A DNA stretch of 64,000 nucleotides from Vicugna vicugna (taxonomy: Eukaryota), in contig MU058645.1 of assembly GCA_013265495.1 (NCBI GenBank), forward strand, positions 496,001 through 560,000. The letters run 5' to 3'. Both the position numbers and the translations under genes were made by a program. Of this stretch, positions 14,221 through 25,813 are shown one piece after another. The notes beneath the pieces are model-generated. The model was not told the DNA's origin and made no database searches. It saw nothing but the letters and a program-made list of their open reading frames with translations. Position 1 is the first letter of the stretch; each line of letters starts with the position of its first letter.

Positions 14221-14581
14221 GCTTATATATGGAATCTAAAAAAAAACAAAACACAAATTTTATTTACAAACCAGAAATAGACTCATGGACATAGACAAAC
14301 TTTGGTTACCAGGGGGAGAGGAGGGAGGGAAAGATAGATTAGGAGCGTGGGATTAACAGATGCACATTATGGTGTATAAAATAGATAAACAACAAGGACC
14401 TACTGTGTAGCACAGGGAAATGTATCCAATTTCTTATAATGAGCTGTAATGGGAAAGAATCTGAAAAATATGTATATATAATGTATGTATGTATAACTGA
14501 ATCAGTTTGCTATACACCTGAAACTAACTGGGTAAAGTGACTACATTTCATTAAAAAGTAAGAATTAAAAGTGAAAAAAAG
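14221..14581 (+). mobile_element. 5'-truncated artiodactyl-type L1 3' end with TSD
   Basis: cagaaatagactc...atagataaacaacaaggacctactgtgtagcacaggg; exact 13-bp TSD aagacaccaggac at 14208-14220 and 14582-14594. Confidence 0.92.
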
Positions 14582-14924
14582 AAGACACCAGGACTCCCCC
14601 ACGCAGGCCTTCATCTCCATCAAGTCCCCTGCAAAGATGAGAGCGTTTCTGTGATAAACGAGGCCCTGTGCTGTGGAAACAGGACGATCTGCCAGGTGGC
14701 CACTCATCTGCACGCAGGGGACCCGAGAACGTGGCAGAGGAGGGGCTGTAAATCACCAGAGAGCTCCGTGCCGGGGCCTCCCGGAAGGCCTGGCTCGGAA
14801 TTACTAATTACAGCTTCCTCGAGGCTGGGTTGTTTGCCCACGGGCGGAGCTAAGCCGCACTGGTGTCCCTGTGAACAATAAGGCAGCCCGATTAGGCCCG
14901 GTCATTAATTCAGTGTCTTTGCTG

Positions 14925-15120
14925 TGAGTAAACGGCGAGGTCTTTCGGGCGGCGAGGGCCGTGGCGCAGGCAGGTCGCGCAGCCGCCCGCGCTGGTGGCC
15001 AGCGCGCCGCCTGCCCGCCTCCCGGGACCCGCCCGCCCGGGGAGGACGCGCTTCTCCGCGCCGGGCCCCGGCGAGCGCCGCGCCGCCCCGCGCTGGGCCT
15101 GAGCGAAGGGGAAGCGGTCC
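14925..15120. promoter_or_regulatory. Small CpG island
   Basis: Very GC-rich with dense CpG and GC boxes (ccgccc). Confidence 0.7.
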
Positions 15121-15130
15121 AGACCCTTAC

Positions 15131-15189
15131 CTGTGACCCGAAACTGCCCCGTGCAGCCATCGGAGGCACTGGGGGCTTGCGGTACACAA
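15131..15189 (-). CDS. Candidate alternative exon (59 nt; ATG at 15160 gives MAARGSFGSQ in frame with exon B)
   Basis: T-rich tract + cccaag| acceptor, CAG|gtaagg donor, adjacent to a CpG island; phase 1 to 0 like exon A. Confidence 0.35.
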
Positions 15190-16619
15190 CTTGGGACAAA
15201 AAATACAAAAAACAAAACAAAACAAAACAAAAGTCAATCTAGCACTTTAATTTTCTGAAAATGTGTAAGTCTATTATTAAAAAAAATCATTTGGGATCCA
15301 GTTGCAGATTCTTTCAAAATCATTACCTGTTTTCTACCTTTTTTGAAAATAGTTTTAACAAATGCCCTTAAACTGACGAAGGGAACTAATATGCATCGTG
15401 TTTGAGCCGCGTGAAAAACACTCATCTCTACAGCAAACACTTACAGATGTCCTCTTGTCCTTCTGCCTCTGGAAGTGCTTTGTAAACTAAAATACATGCA
15501 ACACGGGAGGCGTGGATGCCTTTTCATTGTAATCTCCCCGTGAAGCTGTTATTGCAAACAGAGGTTAGGTCACAGCGCTGTGACCCCGAGATTCCCCCAG
15601 CGCTCACCTCCCCCCGGAGGCCGCGTAGGAAGCTGCAAGCAAGGGCCCGCAGGCCGGGGCAGAAGCGCGTCCGTCGTGTCAGTCATCACGCCAGGCAGTT
15701 CCTGCAGGTGGATCCACTGACAGCGCTCACTGGGGAAAGACCCACACGGTCCTCCTCTCCCAGAGCCCAGAGCCTAAACCTCACCATCTCCGGGCTGTGG
15801 TGTGGAGAACGTGAGCAGAGGAAGGCGGGAGGCGCAGAGACCAACCCCCTCGTCACTGAGGGTGAAGTGGATGGTGAGGAGAGGAGGGGTGTCCCGCCAG
15901 CAGGGCCAGAGCACGACGTCCGAGGACAGAAGATCCTCACCTCCCTGGCTTTCCTGCCCTCGGACTTGGCACCATCTTCCTCGAAGACTCTGCCTGGTCA
16001 GAGGAGCAGTGGTCCCCTGCTTGGTGAGGCAGTGATCCGGGGTGGTAAGTGGGGCCTGACACGGCCAGCCTGGCTTAGAGCTACTGCGTTCGTCTCTTCT
16101 TGTCCCAGCAAACTCGATGACCCCTGAGGGTGGACTCCGCGTCCCGTGCCCCACCCCCACTGCCCCGGCTACAAACGCTGCACGGGCTTCACCTGTGCTG
16201 GTGCTTCCTGCGTGAGCGGGCGCGGTCGGCATGGGCCGACAGCATGCTTCGCATGTGGGGACACTGAGCAAACCGCTGGCCAGAGGGAGAGCTGAAGGGA
16301 ATTTTCTCAGCATCACCAACCATTCCATCCAGGTTCACCTAACGTGATATTATGAGAATCCTTGGTTCTCATTTGAAGCACCTAATAAGTAAAAGGAATG
16401 TGCGCTGGACTGAGGGCCAGGAGACCTTATTTACTGCTAAACAATTGTGCAACCTTGGGTGAGGGTGTTGCTCAGGGCAGTGACTGAAGTCCCATCAGGA
16501 GCTGGGAACTCAGTTCTTGGTGAAAATATAATCACAGAACACGCTTCTGCTCACAAGGGGCTTATGGTTTAGCCAGGTTGAGACCTCTATGATACGTGAC
16601 AACCCAGCAGTCCACTGGA

Positions 16620-16684
16620 GAACGTGTCCCGGGAGCATGTCCCGGGAGCATGTCCTGGAGACACATCCTGGGGACATGTCCTGG
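16620..16684. repeat. 13-bp minisatellite, 5 units (gagcatgtcc(c/t)gg-like)
   Basis: Units start at 16620, 16633, 16646, 16659, 16672. Confidence 0.85.
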
Positions 16685-16879
16685 GGCAGTCAGAGTGGGG
16701 CCAATCCTTTTCTTTTCCTTTTTTTTTTTTTTTCTTGACTAAAGTGTACTGAGATGTTTACGATGTTATTAGCTGGATATTTAAGGACTGAGAAGACAGG
16801 GGATTCTTTTTGGGGTGAAAACAATTCAAGTAGGGAATAGATTTGAATGTCACATTAGAGAAAGAGAAAGAAAGGAAAA

Positions 16880-17240
16880 AAAAAAAAACAGCCTGGTTTA
16901 GCGCAGCATAAAGGACCAGATAAAGGTATAAAAAGTCTGAACTGAGGTCAGATTGAAGAGGACCTTGGACGCCAGGCTAAGGCATTTGGATTTATAAGTT
17001 AGTAATAAAAATCATCATTGAAGAGTTTGCTACAAAGGGAGTGATTTGGGTAAAGTTGGCAGTAGTGTGTAAAACGGGCCAGGAGGGAGAAAGATCAGAG
17101 CTAAGGAGATGGGGACAAAGTCATTACAATCATCCAAGTGTGAGTTGGTTACAGCAAAAACCAAGTTCACAGCAATAGAGTTTAAAGGAAATTATGATCT
17201 CAGAGACATTAAGAGGAAAGAATTCATGGCTGGGAGAGTG
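16880..17240 (-). mobile_element. L2 fragment
   Basis: ggtcagattgaagaggaccttggacgccaggctaaggcatttggattt is typical antisense L2. Confidence 0.7.
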
Positions 17241-18349
17241 AGGAGCAAAGCCTGAACGGAAGGGGCTCAGGTCAGCTGGCTCAGGAAGGTGGGAGCCCCT
17301 GAGCCAAGGTCAGCCTTGCGCACAGCCTGCATTTCTGAAGTGTTCTCTGGGGCACACACTAAAACCTGTTCCCAGGACTGTTCCCTGCAGATGCTCACTT
17401 GGTGGGTTTGGGATGGAGCCCAGAAACACGCACCTGAACAAATAGTCCTGAGTGGCACTTGGACGGCGCTTGGAGAAATTTTAGCTTAAATTGTAAGTAA
17501 TAAAAATAAATAAACTATCTACTCAAGAATCCCAAGATTGCGTCCGGTGGACAGAGTCTCCAAGCTGGGACCGGAACTTCAGACTTTTCTGTCTTCTCCA
17601 TTCAAATCAAATGCCTCGCGTCTTGAGCAGGGCCAGCCGGGCCGCGGTTTCGGGGTGGCCGCCCGGGGCTGGTCTCTCCTAACAGGCCCTGGCGCTCTCA
17701 CCCTCATGAAAGACCACACTCTGTCTGCTCACACCTCTCCACGCTCCTGTGGGATGTCTTTTTCTTTATAGACAAGGAAACTGAGTACAAGAGGAGACTT
17801 TTACCTTCAACCCCACACACTTACCGCGAGAACGTGTTGGCCAGAGGAGGCCTCATTCTGACAGGGCCTTTCTAAGGAACGTAGTCCTGTTTCCTGACCC
17901 CGGGGCGCTCTATCAATGGTCCAGAGACCAGAGGTTGGGGCCTATGACACTGTCACACCCTGCCAGGCACACACATGGTCATCACACCTGAGCTGCTGGC
18001 TGCAAACACAGGTTCACTGCAAATATCTGAAACAAAGAGAGCAGCTGGGAGAGTTCAATTTTCAAAGGTTCTGTTTGACTTTCACTGAACTTTTAAGGGA
18101 AGAAATCTGAAACAACCAAACAAAAACAGACAAAGAAACACCCGCCAGGAGCAGTGGACCAGAGATGTTTGCAGAGTGGGGGAAGGACGACCCCGCCACC
18201 TCGCCCCTCTCTTCTCTCACGGACTCACATTAAACCCTGACCCCCCCCCCCACCTTGCAGCCTGACCCCTCAGAGCACGGGCGGGACCCGCCGCAGCTTC
18301 AGGGAGACTCCAGGCATTCAGCCTCCTCCCCGGGGACCACCCATCCTGA

Positions 18350-18580
18350 TGATAATAAAGGCAGCGGTGGTGCCAGCGCTTGTTTACTGACCACTGACTG
18401 CGGTCCGGGCCGTTTGTGAAGCACTAGGAACCCTTAGGAGGAAAAAGGGATGAAAACCTTGAGGTTGGTAGTTCATCCTTTTTATAAGTGAATAAACTCA
18501 GAGAGGGTACAAGTGCTCCTTAATTTCAAGAGTGGAGTTTGAGCCCGTTGACCTTCAAAGCCTGCCTCCTTACCCATTAC
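18350..18580 (-). mobile_element. MIR
   Basis: atcctttttataagtgaataaactcagagaggg core. Confidence 0.55.
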
Positions 18581-18957
18581 CTGGGACAAGCATGAGGTGA
18601 ACGAGCTGAATACCTTTTATTTCCATTCTGTGGACAATAGAGGTGAATTAGAAGGATGCTTGCTTAACATGAATTTTGGACTTGACCAAAAAAAAAATCA
18701 AAAAAGGCAATTCAATTTTGTATGGAAGCTAACTCACAATTTATTTTTTATCAATAACTCTTTATAATGTCCCAATATTTTACTGTCACTTTAGTGGAAT
18801 TAAACTCAGAAAGTTCCAAGTTACATGCTGTTTCTCATCCTGCTGCAATGACTAGGGCGCCTTGACTCCAGGCTGCCGGCCCGAGCCCTCAGCCCCAGCA
18901 CAGCGGGCGCCTCGGCAGAGACGGAGCTCCCAGGCCCGGCTGCCCGGGTACACTTAC

Positions 18958-19199
18958 CTTTGCTAAATATTTGAGGACAGCTGCACTATATTTTTGCCAT
19001 AAGACGTCCTCCCTGGCAGCATCAAGGACTGCAGGACCAGAATTCCCATGACCATCCAAGCCATCCGAGCTCCTCCCATCCGCAGTTCTCGTCGCACTTC
19101 CTCCTAGCCGACCGACCTCAGCGGTACTCGGCCCTGTGTCTTTTGCCCTTCTTGTGGTTAGAAGACAGCTGCTCAGAGGTCTCCCATAATCACAGGAAT
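18958..19199 (-). CDS. Putative internal coding exon A of an unidentified minus-strand gene (DSCDYGRPL...DVLWQKYSAAVLKYLAK)
   Basis: Acceptor tattttttcag| and donor AAG|gtaagtg on minus strand; 242 nt, open, phase 1 to 0; no repeat resemblance noticed; lies inside ORF 18889..19329(-). Confidence 0.6.
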
Positions 19200-19914
19200 C
19201 TGAAAAAATACTTTTCATTGTGCTCAACCCACACGAGAGGGTGACGTTCCTCTCCCTTAAAGCTGAGCGTTTCCGCTGCAGAGATAACCAACGTCTCCAT
19301 GGGCAGACGCGACCCGAGATTTCAAGCACTAGGTGGTGTCAGCAGAAAAAGGTATCTCCAGGCTTCTTTTTTCTCTTTAATTTGGATCCCCCCCCCATAT
19401 GTATGCCCCTTTTCCTGTGCACTGTCCGTGTTCCACATCTGAAAAGGCAGCTTCACCAATAGAATCCTCACACGGAAAGTCTACACGCACATTTTGAGAG
19501 AAAAACAGAGACTGACCCCAGACCACGCCCATCTGTTTGCCCTAATAGGTTTCTCCTTCGCACATTCCTCTAAGGGCCAGGAGTCCCAGAATCTAAAGCT
19601 ATGGACCCGTCCTGAGCACTGAGATCCCCAGACTCCCTCATGCAGCATCCTGCCCGGTAGCCAGCAGCCTGTGGCAGCTGCCAGTGCTTAATCCAGAGTT
19701 CCCCATTCACAGGGCGGACACTGGAGGGAACTGGTTATCACAGCGAAGCCAGACAGTTACGAACTCTTCTTTCTGAGAGACACAATTTCCTCCTGAGGAA
19801 TGTATGGAGCACAGAAGAAGGGTGAGGCTTCCTTTAGCGCTTAGTTTGGGTTCACATTGCGTGTCTCAAAACATAGGAAGAAAAGAGCTCCGATGTTATT
19901 TGACCCAATCCTGA

Positions 19915-20010
19915 CTTCAGCTCTCCTGGCATTTCTCTCTCTTGTGTATGAAGAGCTTCTTTTGAAGTCAGAACTCCAGGCGTGGAGGAAGAAGACATTC
20001 GTCAAGAGAA
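19915..20010 (-). CDS. Candidate upstream exon encoding signal-peptide-like VLLTNVFFLHAWSSD...
   Basis: Acceptor ttttaatctttctgaattcag| and open frame with hydrophobic start; no strong phase-1 donor found, so the 3' boundary is unresolved. Confidence 0.25.
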
Positions 20011-21149
20011 CTGAATTCAGAAAGATTAAAATGTAGAGTTTTAATATAGCTGTAGCTGACACATGTCAAGGAGATAAAAGGAAGATTGTGGATTCTGAGA
20101 ACAGTGCCAGAACCAGGAAGCACCACTTCAAAAATACACACTATTTTGATTGAAATTTGTAGGGAAAAAAATCAATATAATAAAACTGGTATTGGATGGC
20201 AAATGGATGCATTGCGAGAATGTTCTTAGCCCTACAGTGTTCATTTTTTAAATGGAAAAAAAAAAACAGCTTTCACTGAACACATTTCTGATATGTTTTT
20301 TAACAGGCAATATTTCGAAGTGTACTTAGCCTAGAGTCTTCTCTCTCCAATTGTATCTGGAGCTATCCTCACATAAACAACTTTATTAACTTAAAATGAA
20401 AGTTGATAAATTACCCCCATTTACCAACACAGTTGCCATAGGGCATCAGAGTCTAAGAGGGTTGAATAAGTAAAAATTTGGAAATGATCAGTTAATCTGT
20501 CTCCAAAAAAGAACAATTGTATTAAAAATTCATCCTTCTGGAGAAAAGAAAGGTGCAGTTCTGAGATTCATTTAGACATTTACCCCTTCTCATTAGCACT
20601 GCCTCTCACATTCAGCTCTCTAAACTGCAGAATGCATTTGGAAGAGTTTTGACATCAAATAAAAATTATTTTTATGAATATCTTAGAAAATCATTGCCAA
20701 CCACACAAGTCAGCTTGTGTTTCCTAAATCTAAGGCAATCCTGAGGTGTTTTCAGGACAGGCTGGGCCTGAATTTTCCAATTTGTGTAATTACAAGGAGA
20801 GTTTAAATTCTAAAAAGAAAAAAAATTAATTGCAAATAATGTGTTTATTTTTATTATTATTATTGCTATTATTGTTATTATTATTAATGTGAAATAGTTA
20901 TTGGAAGAATGATGTTCAGGCTCAATAAATATTTTTTGCTACTTCATCAGCTTGCTGCTTTATAAATTATGATTGCCAGGTTAAAACCTCAAGGTTGATG
21001 TTTTCCTTGATTTAGTCTCAGGGAAAAAAAAATAGAGATTTAAGCCACCATCTCCCTTGCTCATTATACATGTACATAAGGGACATCAGCGAAGGAATGA
21101 TTTTAGGGAAAAGTGATGGATTTTATTTTTCCCGGCAGAGCCTGGGCTA

Positions 21150-21720
21150 AAGCTCGGAAAAGCAGTACAGGGTAGGAATGTGGGCTCCTGATTCCTGGGC
21201 GTTGACGATGCCTGAAACTGTAAGAGTAGGTGGGATCGCCCAGCCAACAGCAGAAACAGGGTAGACATGAGGACTGAGTACTGTCCAGAGACGGTCAGAG
21301 GGGAGAAGCCAGGAAAGGAAAGCAAGAAGGGAACAGCTGCAACACAGTGTCAAGGAAAAGGAGGAAATCAAATAGCAAAGAATATCCCACTGTGTCTAAA
21401 GCTCCTGGGACGTCGAATGAGATGAACAGTGAAGACTGACCTTTGAAATCAAGCAAAGATCATCTGTGGCAAGTGATGTGCTGTAAGCAAAGCCAGAGTC
21501 TCTGGCTTAGGTAGAGACTGGAAGGAAGGAAGTGGAAACAAGCGGTAAACAGCTCCTTTGGGATGTTTGACTGGGAGGAAGAGGAGCGAGATGGCGCAGG
21601 TGTTTGAGGGGATGAGACTCAATGCTGTCTGTTATAAAGACAGAGGAACACAGGGATGATCCAGAGACTGAGAGCCTTTGAGAAGACACAAGAGATGGGA
21701 TTCAGAGGTGGAACATCTGA
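21150..21720 (-). mobile_element. L2 fragment
   Basis: gatgaacagtgaagactgacctttgaa...aagccagagtctctggcttag...gtggaaacaagcggtaaacagctccttt. Confidence 0.6.
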
Positions 21721-21829
21721 ACATGCACTTAAAAACGGGAGCACCGTCATCATCCCTAATTTACAGGAAAGTAAACCAACAACAACAAACGACTGACACT
21801 CCCAAGAAAGGCAAACACGCATTCAATCC

Positions 21830-21990
21830 CTAGTCCACCTCCCATGAGCAATGCCCTTGGGCAAGTTTCTTTATTTAGGGTGAAGATAGTCATATCTACT
21901 GTAAAGAGATGGGGTGAGACACGTATGGGGCAAGATGAAGCGCCAGTAGCAGTGTCTGGCACACAGTGAGCACTCTGGGTGTTGCCGTGG
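21830..21990 (+). mobile_element. MIR
   Basis: cccttgggcaagtttct...gtgtctggcacacagtgagcact. Confidence 0.6.
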
Positions 21991-22129
21991 TGCTGGTGGG
22001 ACAGCGGTTGGGATGTGTGGTTGTCATACTGTGCCGGGGCGGGGGGCTGCAGAGTGCGTAAGTCACAGACCCGGTCTTCACACCTACGTCATGACTCCAG
22101 ATTCAGCAGGTGATACCACCCTGCACTCA

Positions 22130-22642
22130 AGAGAAATTACAAACGAGTTTGAAGTAAATTAAAATGAAAATACATCACTTTGATATTTGTAAGATGCAAC
22201 AAGAACAGTGCTTAGAGAGACATTAATAGCACTGAATGTGTATATTAGAAAGGAAAAACAATTAAAATCAATAATGTATATGTCCACCTCAGGAAACCAG
22301 AAAAAGAAGAGCAAATTAAGTCCAGAATAAGCAAAATAAAATAAATAATTAAAGTTTATTATAGAAATGGAATTGGAAATCAATGAAATTAAAAACAGGA
22401 AAACAATACAGAAAAATCAATGGAACCAAAAACTGCTATTTTAAAAAGACCAATAGAGTTGTAAGCTTCTCTACCCAGGCTTGCAAAGTTAACAAGAGAA
22501 GACACAAACTACCGATAGCAGACATGAAAGTGGGGCCATCACTACAGACCCAACGGACATGAGCAGGATAATAAAGGGATACTAAGGACAGCGCCACACT
22601 CGCAGATTTGATGACGCACATGAAGTGGACCAGCACCCTGAC
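22130..22642 (+). mobile_element. L1 ORF2 fragment (degenerate LWDAAKAVLRGKFIALNAYIRK region)
   Basis: gatgcaacaagaacagtgcttagagagacattaatagcactgaatgtgtatattagaaagg...atcactacagaccca. Confidence 0.85.
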
Positions 22643-23606
22643 GGGTGCCACACTTCACCCTTTGTGGCAATACCGCAGCTGTGTCTGCTTGTTTCTGGTT
22701 TTTCTGTGACCTCTGTGCCGTGCCCTCTGTGTGTAGACTTTTCTAATGCTTGACTTAGTAACAAGCACTCAGTGAGGTATGTATACATGTTTCCCCAATG
22801 AATGAGCTTCTTGAAATTTCCGTCCTCAGCCCTTTTCTTCTTTTTACAGTCAGGCCTCAGTTATCTCACTATCAGAATTTTACCCGTCAGCTCTTTGGAG
22901 GGAATGTGTCTTCATATACCTATGTCTTCAGTAACCAAAGCCCCGGGTTCATATTTGCACCTGCCTGAAGGAGGCTTCTACCACAATGATCCACAGCTAC
23001 AAACCAGACCCACCTTTCTTCCCTTCAGCTCCTGGGGACACTCTCAGGATGCCCAAAATCTGTTCGATGGGCCACTGTTCACTAACACGAAAGCCTCAGT
23101 TGTCAGGTAACATTACTCTTCCTTTTAAAATGTCCATTAATTTTTAAGTCCTGGACTTTGTATTATTCCAATGATCCTGAAATCTATCTCATTTTGTCTC
23201 TGTTGCTTCTGGTTCAGGATTTTATCTCTCGTTGGTCTAACACAACTGTCTCCTAAAATGTCCTCCTGCTCTGTGGTCCTCCTCACACTGATTCACCCCA
23301 GACCCAAGTCCCAGAGCTAGAGAGAAGAGATGCTTTCAGAAACTGAAGTTAGTCTGGTGTGGCTGGATTACATCACGCAGCTTTCTTTTTCTCTAGATCA
23401 TACTCATATCCTGACGTCTGATTTCTGTATCTTTCTTTTTTTCAAGCTTGGAATAAGCTTCAGAGTTTACTTTTGAATGCCCAATTTTCTATGCCTCTTT
23501 TGTATAATGGAAGTTAATAACAAGCAACTTCCTCTCCAATGAACTGATTTAGGTGGAAGGAACATATCACAATTCTAGTGACAAATCCACTGCCATAAAA
23601 AATGGC

Positions 23607-23850
23607 AAATCCTAATTTATCCCTTCCTTCCCCTTTATACCAAGATGTGTAAAGCAGATAAACAACAAGATCCTAATGTGTAGCACCAGGAGCTACATTC
23701 AGTATCTTATAATAACCTATAGTAAAAAATACAGAAAAGAATGTATGTGTATGTGTATGTATATATATATATATATATCTGAATCACTATGCTGTACACC
23801 AGAAACTAACACAACATTGTAAATCAACTATACTTTGATTTATAAAAAAG
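23607..23850 (+). mobile_element. Artiodactyl-type L1 3' end with short inverted 5' segment
   Basis: agataaacaacaag...tgtacaccagaaactaacacaacattgtaaatcaactatact; 23607-23636 is antisense L1 sequence; internal (TATG)/(TA)n. Confidence 0.85.
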
Positions 23851-24149
23851 GCACATCCCACTGACTTGAATGCACCAATGCCTTTGACTCTAATGATCAA
23901 GCAGACAGTTCATTTCATCTTTACTTGAAGCTCTTTGCTTTTTGCTCACATACAATGGCACCAACCAGAGATGTTTCTGCATGCTCAATGAATTTCGTTG
24001 ATGTCCTCTTCTTCCATCACAGCCCTGAAGGGCCAGGTCATTTTTATTTCCTCAAAAGTCATAAGGAAAATATAAACATTATTTTTTTTCCAACTGAACC
24101 CCAAGTAATATCTGTGTCCTTGGCTTCCATTGAGCATTAATGGCTAGGG

Positions 24150-24506
24150 GTCTGTTGGAAGGAAGAGAAATTGGTAATGGTATTTAGATCCTCACAGAGT
24201 GACAGGTCTGTCTGCCCATGGTCTGGCTACAGCCCTTTGCTGAAGAGGGCAGCTCCCCTTTTGGTGGCCCACTTCCCCTCAACAGCTCCCTCCCTCCAGG
24301 TTCCAGTAACCACTTCCTCTCTTTGCTCCTCCATCCTGGGGCAGTCAAGGCTCTGCCCACTGTTACTGATCCTGGGGAACTTCACTATTCCTTGTGATTT
24401 CACAACACTCTCGCTATACCTTTGAAAATGGTCCTTTTATTAAACATGCCTCAAATAACAAATTTGACTGCACCATATACTTCCGTGGTGACCAAGATGG
24501 AGTCAA
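24150..24506 (+). mobile_element. LTR33-like ERVL LTR
   Basis: ggtccttttattaaacatgcctcaaataacaaatttgactgcaccat resembles the LTR33 3' end. Confidence 0.65.
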
Positions 24507-25274
24507 CCATTCACTATATGACCGCATGCCATTTACTTAACTTGTATCAACCCCAGGTTCCCTATTTGTAGAATAGGGGTCATATTACCTATCTTTCAGA
24601 ATTTTTTTGTGAAAAACAAGAGATAATCCATTCTACAAGCAGGAAACTCAAACTTCATATAATTAAAATATGTTAAGTGTGGTATCACAAGAGTAAAGTT
24701 TGCATAGACAAAATGGAAAATACAGAAGGCAGATTGGCGAACACGTTTGCCATATATACAGTAAACACATTTTAAAACATATAAGGAGTTCTTATAAGTC
24801 AAAAAACTAGACAATGCATCCAATTGAAATGTGGCTGAATGTAGTCTATTATTGAGAAAACATGCAAATGGATTTAACATTTTTAAAAGATGCTCAACTA
24901 CACATCTAGTAAAAAGAAATGCAAATTAAAATCACAATGAGTTTTTTTTAAACCCATCGAAATGGAAAAGATCAAAAAGCAAGATAATACGTTCCGTCTG
25001 ATGAGGATGTTGGGAAACCTGAACTCCCATACATCACTGACAGGAATGTACATTGGTCTAACCTCTTTGGAGTGAAATTTAACAATGTCTAATAAAATCA
25101 AAAAGTGCACACATCCTCTCGGCCAGCAATTCCACTTTCAGAAATTAATCTTCTAGCTGTACTTACACAAGCAAACAAAGATGCAGGTACAGAGCCCTTC
25201 ATCGCAGCATCACTTACAGACTCAAAAGGTGAGAAACACCCTGCGTTTCCATCAGTGCAGGGCTAGGACAGAGC

Positions 25275-25764
25275 TTTGACTCCAAAGCTCCGCCAAGCGG
25301 GGACTCATTTCCCAGCCTCTTCCCTGTAAAGTCTCTGGATCAGGGCTCACCACGGAGCGCACACGGAGGAGCGGCACTGGCCGGGCTGAAGGCCGCTGTG
25401 CCGCAGGGGCCCAGGCCGCTCACGCGCAGCTGCTCCCCAGCGTGCAGGCGAGGAAGCCGCCGCGGCGCGGCGCCTGCAGGTCCTGCCGCTCTGCCCCGGC
25501 AGGCTCTCGGCGTGCTGGCCGGGTGCCCGCTGGGCTCTGCGGTTCCGGCACCGGCTCTCCGGCCGCCCCCCTGAATGGTCAGCAATGCAAGCGGTGAGGG
25601 AAAGGCATGGCTTCCCGTCTGTTCTTGGCGCACCCTTGGAACTTCATGTCCAACTGCCAACCCTCCCGACTTCAGACCGTGTGGAGTCCACGCACTGCAC
25701 ATTCTGCTTAACCAGCCCCTAGTTCTAAGTCTTCTAGACCTCTCTTCAAGCCCCAACTGATACA
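25275..25764 (+). mobile_element. Ancient ERVL-type LTR (LTR41/LTR52-like) with CpG-rich core
   Basis: ggatcagggctcacc motif and terminal ccccaactgataca; inserted within L1ME; subfamily uncertain. Confidence 0.5.
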
Positions 25765-25813
25765 ATTTGTTCAGTAAATCACGAGGATTATATAACCATC
25801 ACAAATAACAAAG

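Noticed and set aside
15516..16328. Longest ORFs (203 aa +, 184 aa -)
   Set aside because: GC-rich, overlapping on both strands, no recognisable motifs or splice support.
18958..19000. KYSAAVL similarity to PACAP KYLAAVL
   Set aside because: Too short; no HSDG start or GKR processing context.
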